Assembly: GCF_009914755.1 (NCBI RefSeq)
Contig: NC_060932.1
Reading direction: 5' to 3' (one strand)
From: the human T2T-CHM13v2.0 reference genome, Homo sapiens
DNA length: 64,000 nucleotides
In this document: piece after piece, positions 27,124 to 38,897 of the stretch
Layout: each line of letters opens with the position of its first letter
Numbering within the stretch: the stretch's first letter is position 1
Position numbers and translations under genes: made by a program
The notes under the pieces: generated by a model
What the model saw: only the letters and a program-made list of their open reading frames with translations
What the model was told of the DNA's origin: nothing
The model's database searches: none

Positions 27124-27241
27124 AATAACGAAAAACAAGAAAAATAATAAAAATGTGCTCCACTGGGAAAGCTAAGCTGAGCTAAGAAAATATAAGGCCT
27201 GTGGAAACAGAAATCTTGTTGCCCTTTCTTCATTGTACTCT

Positions 27242-27702
27242 TGAAGCAGAATGAGCCACAGACAAAACTCCTCAGACACCAAGTTAAAGAAGGAAGGGGT
27301 GTATTCGGCCTGGGGCATCGGCAAGACTCCTGTCTCAAGAGCCGAGCTCCCCGAGTGAGCAATCCCTGTCCCTTTTAAGGGCTCACAACTCTAAGGGGTT
27401 CCCGTGAGAGGGTCGTGATCGATTGAGCAAGAAGTGGGTACATGACTGGGGGCTGCATGCACCAGTAATTAGATCGGAACAAAACAGGATAGGGATTTTC
27501 ACAGTGCTTTTCTATACAATGTCTGTAATTTATAGATACCATAACCGATTAGGTCAGGGGTTGATCTTTAACTACCAGGCCCAGGGTGTGGCACCGGGCT
27601 GTCTGCTTGTGGATTTCATTTCTGCCTTTTAGTTTTTACTTTTTCTTTCTTTGGAGGCAGAAATTGGGCATAAGACAATATGAGGGGTGGTCTCCTCCCT
27701 TA
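27242..27702 (-). mobile_element. Solo LTR2-family (HERV-E/Harlequin, ERV1) LTR, complete
   Basis: Minus strand begins TAAGGGAGGAGACCACCCCTCATATTGTCTTATGCCCAATTTCTGCCTCC and ends ...CTGCTTCA; 4-bp TSD CTCT at 27238-27241 and 27703-27706. Confidence 0.92.
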
Positions 27703-28179
27703 CTCTCAGTATATGGAAGAAAGTCTGGCAGACAGCAACTTCTCAATTATGAATTAATTTAATTTATAAAAATGAAAGTGAAAGACATTACTTATCTTCG
27801 CCTAAGTTGTTATGATGTTTGCATTAAACTACTTATAATTTTGTGATTTCCACAAAGCTGCAAATTACAAGTAACTGGAATATAGTCAAAAGAGAAACAA
27901 CCAGTACCACTACCACAGCAATGACAAAAACTTAGAAATACCTAAATATACCTGTAACTGTTCCTTTGTTCTCCCCTAATATTTTTTCTGTGTATTTCAT
28001 TTTCACCAAGCAATTTTACTTTCTACGTTTTTATTTCATACTGAAAGTATTTTCTTACTGTTGCATGCATAATCACTATTTTGGTATCTACATACTATTC
28101 ACATTATAATTCTACCATATACTACATTTATCTCTATGGTAAAATGTTTACTTCAAGAAAAAATATTTGACTAGAAGCC

Positions 28180-28590
28180 TGATTAGTTTTCTCTCACTGC
28201 TATAATAAATTACCACAAACCAAGAGGCTTAAAACAGCACACATTACATAAGCTCACAGTTCTCAAGGCCAAGATTCCTGAAAAACTAAGCTTGTTTCAC
28301 AAGGCTGCAATCAAGTTGTTTGTCAGACTGTATTCTCATCTGGAGGCTCCGCTGTGGAAGAATTTGCATCCTTGCCCATTAGGTCGTTGGCAAAATTCAG
28401 TTTCTTGTAGCTGTATGACTGATGGCCCAGCTTCTTACTGGTTGTCAGTTGGAGACCTCTAAATTTTACAGACCACCCTCAATTCTCTGTCATGGGGCCC
28501 TGTATATATAGAGTTCACAATATGGCTGTTTGCTTTTCAAGGCCAGCAGGAAATGCATTTTAGAGTGTGCTAGCAAGATGGAATTATATA
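28180..28590 (-). mobile_element. MLT1 (MaLR) LTR
   Basis: attagttttc...ctgctataataaattaccacaaa...ggcttaaaacagcac...caaggctgcaatcaag...gttggcaaaattcagtttcttgtagctgt. Confidence 0.8.
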
Positions 28591-28598
28591 TGTGTATA

Positions 28599-28629
<31 letters not shown>

Positions 28630-28648
28630 GTCTATGTGTGTGTGTGTA
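28587..28648. repeat. Compound (TG)n/(TA)n microsatellite
   Basis: Directly visible. Confidence 0.9.
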
Positions 28649-29156
28649 ATTAAATGATCAAGTGACATTGATCACTGCCCAAGGACAATCACTATAAACA
28701 TGCATTTTCCCTAGTCTGTCTTGTGCATATGGCTGTTTATTTTTCTGTTTCCTGCTATCATTTTTATAAAACAATGTTTTGTTCTCTATAATTTAAGCTT
28801 TATATTATGTGCAAATTTTGATTTTCTATGATAGAGCATCAAAGTGGTTCTGCTATTATTAGAGCACTATGCTGAATATCATGGCAGATGAAAATGTTCT
28901 ACTTCTCAGATAAGAATTTAAGATTCACTCTAGGAATAGATTTTATTTTAAGTATGATGAATATTTTAATTTTTATGATAGTAATAGCAAAATTAGATTC
29001 AGAAAGGGTGCTTACACCCATCTGGAGTACCTATATATGCTTAAGTACCTATTTATCTGCTTTCTGTTCAGTGTTGGGTGCTCTTATTTTAATTTTTAAA
29101 TATTTTCCCAAAGTTTTTATCATCTCTGGGCCATTATAAGCTACATGGCTCACAGG

Positions 29157-29535
<379 letters not shown>

Positions 29536-29644
29536 TCATAGACTCCTGATTTAACCCCTTTCTATTTGAAATATATTGGCTTCTACTCTTCAGCCTCTCT
29601 TCCAGGCATGTCTGCAGAAAAAAAAAAAAAAAGCAAGCATGATT

Positions 29645-30225
29645 CTATTAGTTTTGCATTGCAGCCATATCAAATTGACACAAATTCAGCAGCTTAAACA
29701 GCACAGATTTCTCACCTTGTGTTCCTGTAGGTCTGAAGATGCACATGAGTCTCATTGGGCTAATCCAGGTGTGGGCAGGCTGTGCTCCTTTCCAGGGGAT
29801 CTAAGGGAGACTTGTTTCCTAGCTTCCTATGACTGGCATCCTGCTGTTCTTGTGGTTGACGATCTGAGGTCCCGATTTCCTTTCTGGCTGTCATCTGGGG
29901 GCCATTCCAAGACTCTCCAGGTTCACTGCATCCCTTGTCTCTCTCCATCTTTAAAACTAGTGACGTGGGGTGAGTCCGTCTCATATTTTTAATCTCTGCT
30001 CATTTTTCTGTCACGTCTCTGATGGATTCTTCTGCTTTCCTCTCCCGCTGTGAAGGGTCTATGTGATTGGATGGATCCTACCTGAAATTCAGGGTCATGT
30101 CAGCAGCACAAACTCCTTCATCTTAATCACACTTGAAAAGTCCCTTTGGCACCTGTAGGAACACAGTCCCATGTTCTGGGGTTTGGGAGACAGGCATGTG
30201 TCAGGCGTACTATTCTATTGCTGTG
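29645..30225 (-). mobile_element. MLT1 (MaLR) LTR
   Basis: tattagttttgcattgc...cagcagcttaaacagcacagattt...gggcaggctgtgctccttt...cttaatcacacttgaaaagtcccttt. Confidence 0.8.
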
Positions 30226-30369
30226 ATGTAGGAGTGAAGAGCACATACAGAATTCAGAGCTAGACATAGCTCCAGATATTTGCTGGGGTGCCTCAGAGAG
30301 AGTAGCTAATTTTTCTGCACTTCCACGTTATCATCTATAGAATGGGCATAATAGTTCCAGTTAAGAGAG

Positions 30370-30685
30370 GTAAACAATGAACAAATACATATTTACAGGA
30401 GAAGTAACAGGTTGTTCCATGTGGAGGAGACTGGGTAGCAACTTTTGCTTGTATATTAAATAAAAGTCTCACTCAAGGAGTTATCTTTTAAACTGACTTC
30501 TAGATAGAAGTCACCAGCTTGGGAAAGAAGTATAAGAAGGGTGGAGCAACCCTGTTCAGAGGTGAATGATCTTGGCCTTTATCTAGAAATAAATAAAGTG
30601 ATTGTGGCTAGAGAGGCATGGATGATAGAAAGCAGGATCTCTGGTGAGCTTGGAGACATAGGCTATTGCCAGGCCATGCAGAATT
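30370..30685 (-). mobile_element. L2 fragment (a short MIR-like piece precedes it at ~30230-30355)
   Basis: Purine-rich L2 antisense motifs (gtaaacaatgaacaaat, gattgtggctagag, gccaggccatgcag). Confidence 0.4.
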
Positions 30686-31609
30686 TGCCATCAGAGCAAG
30701 GGGGTTGGAGGCAATTAACTGAAACAGAAACACATATAGTTATGCAGGGCTGTAACCATAAAGAGATAACTTTTTTTTTTTTTTTTGAGATGTGGTTAGA
30801 GTTTTACATTCTATACCATTTTCTTTTGGTGGAGTATAGTCATAATTTTATATGTTTTTTACTCTATTTTTCTCAGATCTTTCAAGTAAATATAGCATTT
30901 TTTGAGATGCCACACTGGTCCTAAAACTGAACACAGGCTGTGACTCAGACCATGCCTCCAGGGAGATAGTTCACACTTTCATAGGCAAGATAAACAGATT
31001 ATTCCCACATGGCTGGGCTGTCACTACCCCAAGATACGGCCTTACAAGCACAAAGTAGGTGATTCATGAAGTAACATCACAAGTCCTCCAACAACAGGAA
31101 GAGGTGTAGAAGCAGGGGAAGAAAGTTCTTGTTATTTCCTTTTAATATTTTGTTCAGACAAATTTAAACAGACTTTGCTAATGTTTGATAGCCATTATTA
31201 GCTTAGAGTTAATAAAAAGCAAAGATATCAATTGCTTTCTAGTTATTTTTAGAGTAGAGCCTCGATAATACAAACAATGAAATAAGTAAGCACTAATACA
31301 AACTTAGGTGTTTGTCCAAAAGAAACTATTGATTTGTAATTCCTCAGCCTGAGACAGCCAACAGACAACTGCCAAGCCTCATTAATGCATTATCCTGACA
31401 AGTCTATATGAGCCACTGATTTGTAGGTAATTCAGTACACATAGATAGCTTTTATTGATTTAGAAATCAACTTGGAAATGAAATTTAGCATCATGATAAC
31501 CTATAAATATTTGATTTTATTTTAGTTGTATAAAACTCTTAGAAATAATTAGTCAATAAAATAACTTTTAGAAATAATTAATGACTTGCACTAAATGAAG
31601 AGTCATATA

Positions 31610-32010
31610 TCTCTGATTTCATACCCAGATGCTTTCTGTCTTCTTTCCTCTGCTCCAGCCTTGCTCCTATATGGGCTAGGTGTCAAATGCACTGAGGGTT
31701 CTCATTCTCTGAGACTTTGTGCTCACCCTCTATGCCAGCAGTGCTCTTCCACCTGATATATTCATGCTAATTCTCCAACTTGCCTCAAGATTTTCCTCAT
31801 AGGTATTGCATCTGCCCCAATCTCTCTGCTTACCCTATTAGCAACTACCACATCCCATATGCTGATCTACTCTTCTCTCCTGTAGAACATTAAAAACTGC
31901 CAGTGGAAGAAAGTTTGTCAATGTGGTTCACCAGGGTATCCTACGTAGTTAAAATAGTGCTTGGAAAATAATAAGTGTTTAGTAAACACTTGCTGAATGT
32001 AAGAATAAAT
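31610..32010 (+). mobile_element. L2 3' fragment
   Basis: ctctgctccagcc...aaaatagtgcttggaaaataataagtgtttagtaaacacttgctgaatg (L2 tail). Confidence 0.65.
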
Positions 32011-32669
32011 AGTGTTCCATAAATGATGCTAATACCATTTATATTACTTCCAAACACCTCAACTTGTATAGAAACAGTTAATGTTTAATAACATACTTTG
32101 ATAATAATCTGTAGGTTTTTTTCCTTAAGTTTAATTGTTATAGAAAACTTAATTTAGGGAAAATAGTGTTTGAATGTATGATATGTATTTTGTCCTTGGG
32201 AAGCTCACCATTAAAGTTTATGTCTTAAGGTAGTCGTTTAGTTAGGGTAAACTATAAGTTCTCTTTATTTGTAAATTAACCATAATCAATTTACATTTAA
32301 AATTATATTTTACCAATGACATTTCCATATTTCTGTTGAAATTGTGAATCTGACCATTGGTAATAAAGAATATATATGTAAATATTAAATTACCGATAAT
32401 CATACAGATAGTTAATAGTGTATTACAGATGAGATTATAATAAAAAAGGTCGGTGGTAACATTGTTGCTTTCTTGTAATTTCAAAGACATTAGCAGATGA
32501 AATTTCTAAGAACATAATAAAATAGAAATCTTTAAATAGTTAGGAGTTTTGAAGATTTCAGTTACATCTTCTCAAAGGTAAATATGTCTCCTTATAATGA
32601 ATTCTTTCAAGATGAATTACCGATGTTTTCGGTGAAAATGTTTTCTGAAATTCCATTTATAAGTGTTTT

Positions 32670-33125
32670 TAAAAATTTATTTTTAATGCACAGAAATGCG
32701 ACTGACTTTTATGTATTGATTTTGTATCCTGAAACTTCACTGAATTTGTTAGTCTAACAATTTTTGGTTTTGTTTTTTGTGTGTGGAATCTTTAGGATTT
32801 TGTACATGTAAGATCATCTTTTCTATGAAGAGATAATTTTAGTCTCTCCTTTACAACTTAGACACATTTATTCTTTGTGATCAATTGTTCTGACAAGGAT
32901 TTCCAGTATTATTTTTAAAAGAAGTGGCAAAAGTGGGCCACCTTGTCTTGTTTTTGATCTGAGAGGAAAAAATTTCAGTTTTCACCACTAAGTGTGATGG
33001 TAGCTGTGGGGTTGTTATACATGGCCTTTGCTTTGTTGAAAAAATTTCCTCTTTGGCTTCTATGTCCAGTTTTTTGATTGTCTTTGTCATAAAAGGGTGT
33101 TGAATTTTTCAAATGTAATTTTTCT
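32670..33125 (-). mobile_element. L1M ORF2 (RT) fragment
   Basis: gactttttatgtattgattttgtatcctgaaacttcactgaatt...gtgggccaccttgtcttgtttttgatctgagagg. Confidence 0.85.
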
Positions 33126-34779
33126 TCAATTTATTTTCTTGTAGAATATAGTTGATTTATATAAAAACATCTGAGTATCTTGTAGCAATGAAGTTCTAGA
33201 ATAGGAAGAACCTATTTAATTCAATGATCAAGAAATTCAATTTCCAGATTCCATGTCCCTGTATGTGCCCATTTCTACCCCACAAAAACATTTTCAGAAT
33301 GTTCACAAACTATTATTCTTCACATCAATTTTAACATAAAATATATCATGACTTTTTGAAAATTTCTTTCTCTATATCATGAAGTATTTGAAAATATTTG
33401 TTTTTATATATTGATTTTAAAATCAATGTTTTTATTATGAAAAGTTGAAAAATACATACAAATAAAATAAAGTGTTGGTCTCATAATATCAACATACAGA
33501 ACTAGTAATCTTTTAAAAATCATGGATTTGTTTTGTTTATATCATATGTAATTTTTGTTGAGATCATACTTTTGTTTTTATTATCTCTTTTTTTAAACTC
33601 TTAAAATTATACTCAATTACTTTATTGTGAGATTTTTCCCATATTCTTTTGAAATATGATTTTCAGTGGTTATGTTAAGCTATCTGGAAGTAATCCTCTA
33701 TTAATGTAAATTCATTTTTTCTATATTCTCCCTCTTACAAATACTAATTCAATAAACAGGCTTTTGTGTTTGGTGGTATGGATTTCTAATAATTTCCTTA
33801 GAAATTCTCTAACAGTGGAATTCTTGAGCCAGAGATGATTTTCTCATGGCTATGGTTATACACATAGTCATATATCACAAAGCTCCTAAAGAAATATAAA
33901 AAATGTTTCTTTATAGCTATGTTAGAGTAACCACTACTGACATTTAATTCTAATGCCTCTCACTAGAATTCATGCATTTACTCTCCTTTGGTGAGATAAT
34001 TTAGCTTTTGACCTCTGAAAGAAAAACAAAAAAAAAAATTATATTTTTTTTCAACAATAGCAAGTAGCTTTTTATAATTTTGTTTGGCAGCTCTAAAGGA
34101 GAGTTTTATCTGCTCATATGTCAAGAATTTCTGGTTGTTATTGGGTCACTAAAATGACCAAAATGGCCCTGGATGTCATTTTAAGTCAGAAGAGGCATAA
34201 ATGGAATTTGGTACTTGAAATTCTCGAGAGAATGAAGCCAATTCCAGCTAAGAAAGTTACCTTGGTAGTACTGCTACTAGAAATATAATGGTTTTGATTT
34301 AAAGTAGTCTGAGGCAGTATTGACATCTCTTTATTGAGCTATAGCACTCTAGCCTTGAAAAAGTCATACACGTTTTGTGAACTAACCTCCATTCCTTAAC
34401 ATCACCGTCTTTCAAGTTTACAGTACTTAGTTCATGCATTGCACTTTCACAACTAACTCCATTATTTGTAGGTTAGTTTTTTCTATTTCTGAAAAATCTA
34501 TACTTTGAAAGCTTTCTTGAAATGACAAGAAGTCAAGTTCCAACGGCATTGAGGTTCATACTGCAAGACACAAGGAAAGTGACTCTGTCTTCCACACGGA
34601 GACGTTCATAGAGTCAAAGAAATGTCCCTTCCTCTACACCTTCTCTTCTGTGGTCCAAAGTACTCAATTTATTTTCCTGTTTTCCTTGGCACTTGCTTTC
34701 CAAAAGCTTCAGCATTTCTTTTGCTCTTCCCTAATCATACATTAACTGGTCAATTTCTCTATTATAATATCACTACAGA

Positions 34780-34935
34780 TTAATGATAATAACCAAGGGC
34801 CTTGTCTAAGCTCTTCACATATATTATCTCATTTAATCCCATCACATGTATACACTAAGTTCAATGACCTCAACTTACAGGTAAGACCCTACAGCACATG
34901 AAGGTGAAGAAACTGAGCAGAACTACATGGGTAGT
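34780..34935 (-). mobile_element. MIR fragment
   Basis: ctaagctcttcacatatattatctcatttaatccc. Confidence 0.55.
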
Positions 34936-35134
34936 TGTTGACATGATTAGCTGCTGGGCTTTATCAATACATCCTTTCCTAAATTTTTCTGCAGGCATTG
35001 CCCCAGATGTGGCAGATCAATGCAGATACAAGAGGTTTCCCACTTCCCTTTTTGTAAGCACTGTATTTAATGAACGTTGTGAAGGATGCTGTCAGCAGTT
35101 CTGATGACTATGTCAAGATGAAGTCATGGGTATA

Positions 35135-35240
35135 CTGATCAACTTGGTTTAACCATCCCATAACACATGCATATAGCAAAACACCCTGTAGAACACCATA
35201 AATATATACAATTTTTGTCAACTAAAAATCAATAAATAAG
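35135..35240 (+). mobile_element. L1MA 3' terminal fragment
   Basis: cttggtttaaccatccc...caccataaatatatacaatttttgtcaactaaaaat. Confidence 0.6.
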
Positions 35241-35669
35241 GACCAAAAAAGAACAAATCATTTGCTTGTTTTGATCATTGTCAGTTACTTTTGTTTCTGA
35301 ATCATAGATTATCATAGATAATCCCACTCACACTTGTGAAGTCAACTTGCTAAAAGTAAATGAATACTTTAAATACTCTTAAATCCCATCACTTTGTTTC
35401 AGTATGACAAAAAGTATTCAATTCTTGCTTTTAAACTCCAATTCATTAGCGAATATTCCCAACTTTGTAGCAAGGCAGTTTTGATAGAATATTTTCTGTT
35501 TTCATCTAAATTTGTCATAAAATTCTTAAAAATGACAAGAGTTTTCTGATATATGTAGATATGATACAGGCAGTTGGAATAGAGATAAGAGTACATATTT
35601 ATTGAATTATTTTTAAAACTCCTTTTGGAAGATGGACACCCCATGTGTGCTTTCCTTCCCAGTGAGACT

Positions 35670-35800
35670 ATGGTGGTGGATTTTTTTACACAGCCAAAAG
35701 ATACACACATGGCTTCAAACCGATTATATAAGTTGTTCAAAGTTTTTTCTGATATGAGAATTCAAACCCAGGTTTGCCTGGTCTGCCAGCATATGCTTTT
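35670..35800 (-). mobile_element. MIR fragment
   Basis: ttttttacacag...gagaattcaaacccaggtttgcctggtct. Confidence 0.4.
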
Positions 35801-36071
35801 TTGTAATATTCTTCTAGATCCGTGGGCTTCCTACATACATTCTTGGGCATTACTATGTTTATGAGAATATATGTGCTGAACTTCCTTTATATAACACTCG
35901 TTTTACTATGAATTTCTTCTTGGAATCTATCAAAATATTTCAAAAGGATGATGAGAATATTTGTTGCAGGCAGTTACTGACCACTCATTGAAGTAGACAA
36001 CAAAGGCAGAAGTGCAAGTGGAGATTCCATAGTTCAATTTGAGAAACTAGATACAATGTGTTATTGGACTG

Positions 36072-36576
36072 TCCCAAGACCAGCTCGGTTGAGGAGACCC
36101 TAACCCAGTAGCACTAGATGAAATAAAGACACACACAGAAATATAGCATGTGGAGTGGGAAATCAGGGGACTCACAGCCTTCAGAGCTGAGATCCCCAAA
36201 CAGAGTTTGACTCACATATTTATTGACAGCAAGCCAGTGATAAGCATTATTTCTGTAGATTATAGATTAACTAAAAGCACTCCTTACAGGAAACAAAGGA
36301 ATGGGCCAAACAAAGGGATTGCCTCTGGCTAGTTACCTGCAGCAGGAACATGTCCTTAAGGCACAGATGGCTCATGCTATTGTTTGTGGCTTAGGAATGC
36401 CTTTAAGCGGTTTTCTGCCTTGGGTGGGCCAGGTGTTCCTTGCCCTCATTCTGATAAACCCACAACCTTCAGCGTGGGTGTCATGGCCATCAGGAACATG
36501 TCAGTGCAGCAGAGATTTTGTTTATGGCCAGTTTTGGGGCCAGTTTTTGGCCAGATTTGGGAGCCTGTTCCAAACA
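36072..36576 (-). mobile_element. Solo MER9 LTR (HERV-K HML-3), complete
   Basis: Minus strand TGTTTGGAACAGGCTCCCAAATCTGGCC...GGGTTAGGGTCTCC...GAGCTGGTCTTGG; 6-bp TSD GGACTG at 36066-36071 and 36577-36582. Confidence 0.92.
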
Positions 36577-36639
36577 GGACTGGAAAGGGCAAATTCTTTT
36601 AGGTTATTATTTATGTTTTATCTTTTTGAGTCATTGTGG

Positions 36640-36990
36640 AAAAAATATATATATATTAAGGTCTCATCTTATATGTCATTACAATCCCTATTTATTTTTC
36701 ACTATTGATGTTGATGTTTTTATTTGTGTATTGATTTTGTCGACTGCACAGCTTATTATTTTAAAGTGGCTTTCTTAGCATCATTTAATCCTTTTTGTCT
36801 GACTTCTACTTTTTCTGATTTAAACACCTCTCTTCATTTTGTTCCATTTCCAGGCATGACTGCCATTGCTCATCTTTGTATTTTAAACTTTCCTGAGTCA
36901 CTTTGTTTTCTGTGATTTTTTGTAGGTATTACAAAGTTGAGTTTTGTTTAATGACTAAAACTCAAGTTTATATTTTAACAGATAAATTTA
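36640..36990 (-). mobile_element. Very old L1M fragment (similar pieces at ~37800-38440 and ~38900-39050)
   Basis: T-rich L1 antisense-like sequence (tctactttttctgatttaaacacc, catctttgtattttaaacttt). Confidence 0.4.
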
Positions 36991-37029
36991 CTTTTATTCT
37001 GAATCATAGATTATCATAGATAATAAAAA

Positions 37030-37300
37030 ACCATCATGAATGGATTAAAGCTGCTATAAACAAGGCTTGCAGGAGTGGGTCCTCTCTTGCTCATCTGTCA
37101 TGTGAGGACAGAGTGTTCCTTTTCTATGGAGGACCCAGCTTTCACAACAGCATTTTGGAAGCAGACAAAGTGGGCCCAGCTTTCCAGAGCCTTGATGATA
37201 AACTTTCCAGCCTTTAGAACTGTGAGGGATAAATTTTTGTTCTTTATAAATTCCCCAGTGTTAGGCATTCTGTTATGGCAACACAAAACAGACACAACAT
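37030..37300 (+). mobile_element. MST/MLT1A-type MaLR LTR, 3' part
   Basis: catgtgaggacagag...ccttgatgataaactttccagcctttagaactgtgagggataaatttttgttctttataaattcccca...gcaacacaaaacagacacaaca. Confidence 0.85.
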
Positions 37301-37304
37301 CAAT

Positions 37305-37803
37305 TGTACTTCTAGTCAACTGGCTATAAACCAGGGTTCCCATGACCCCACCTTCAGGTTTGATTAATTTGCTAGAGCAGCTCCCAGAATGCAGGAAACA
37401 TTTTACTTCTAATTATCAGTTTATTATAAAGAATGTTACAAAGTCCGCAGATGAATAGCAGATGGAAGAAATACATGGAGCAAGGCATGAGAGAAGAATG
37501 GAGCTTCCATGTCTCCTTCAGGAACATGGGGTGCTACCCTCCAGGAACACGTTCAGCTATCTGGAAGCCTTTATGAAGCCTGTTCTTTTGAGTTCTTATG
37601 GAGACTGCATTACATAGGCATGATTGATTACATTATTGGCCATTAATGATCAACCCAACCTTCAGCCCCTCTCTCCTCCCCAGGATTAAAGCATGGGCTG
37701 AAAGTCCTAACCTTCTAATCAAGCCTTGTTCTTTCTGGTAACCAGCCCCATCCTGAAGCTGCCTAGGGGCTACCAGCCACCAGTCATCTCATGGAAACAA
37801 AGA
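37305..37803 (-). mobile_element. MER21-family LTR fragment
   Basis: gggttcccatgacccc...gattaatttgctagagcagctc...cattacataggcatgattgatta...gggctgaaagtcctaacc...cagccaccagtcatctcat. Confidence 0.85.
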
Positions 37804-38676
37804 TCAAATATGTATTTCACAGTATCACTGTATTAAAAAAGTTCATATTTTCTTTCTTCCAGAACATTACTATCTTATCATGTTACATTTTGCTCTTTGG
37901 ATTAATGAAGCTACTTTTTTTTTTCTTTTATGAGATTTTTGTATTGACCTGGCTGACTAAAAGAGTCTGTCCTTTTTTGAAATTTAATAACTTGATTGAT
38001 TTAAGCCTCGGAATTGATTTTTCCAATTTCACTATTCTTGAAACAAGATGTGTTCATTTAATTGGTAGATGCAAATCATCTTATAGTTTGTGCATTTTTT
38101 TCTGTAATTGTTTGTTTATATTTGTTTCCTGTTAATTGTTCTGATCTTATTTAGGGTCACTAATGATGTACATGGAGGGTCTCCTTTGCTTCTCTTCCAG
38201 AACTGTCATGTTCTAGTCAATCTTTTTACATTTATCTTTTACTTCCATTTTTTTTCTCATTTTCTCAGTCCTGTTGTTCGTTCTTTGAGTGTTCATCAGA
38301 ATCTATTCTTGTTGTACCTTTCAATTTCACCTTCCTTTATGTGAATTTATAAACTTTTGTTTCTGCTTCTCTTCTAAAACTGAATAAGCTATATTTCTTT
38401 TCCTTTTTGCTTTACTCTCTTACTTGTGGTCTTTAATAATAACAAGTAAATCAAAATATATGTTTATTTTTGCTTGTTTACTTTATTTTGAAGTAAAACT
38501 TAGAATGACATGAACAAATATTGAGGTATCTTTGTTGTGTTTTCACAAATTCAGGTGCTTGTGTAACACAGTTACCTATCAACATGTAGAATATTACCAG
38601 AATATTCCTGCATACCCTCTTTCTAGTGAATTCGTCTCTTGCTCCCAGTGGTAATCCATGGTCTGATTTTTTTCCC

Positions 38677-38897
38677 CACAGAAAGACAAGTACTACATGA
38701 TCTCATTTATATGTGGAAGCTAAAAACCTTGAAATCATAGAAGCAGAGAGTAGAATAGTAGTTGCCAGAGCCTGAGGGGAAGGCAGAAATGGTGAGATGT
38801 TGATCAAAGGGTATAAGCTTTCAGTTGTAAGATAATTTCTGGGGATCTAATGCACAGCATGAGGACTATACTTAACAATACCGTGTTGCTCACTTGT
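38677..38897 (+). mobile_element. L1MA9/MB-type 3' UTR fragment
   Basis: cagaaagacaagtactacatgatctcatttatatgtgg...gcagagagtagaatagtagttgccagag...ggggatctaatgcacagcatg. Confidence 0.85.

Noticed and set aside
36346-36355. p53 half-site GAACATGTCC in the MER9 LTR
   Set aside because: Only one perfect decamer; no adjacent second half-site at usable spacing
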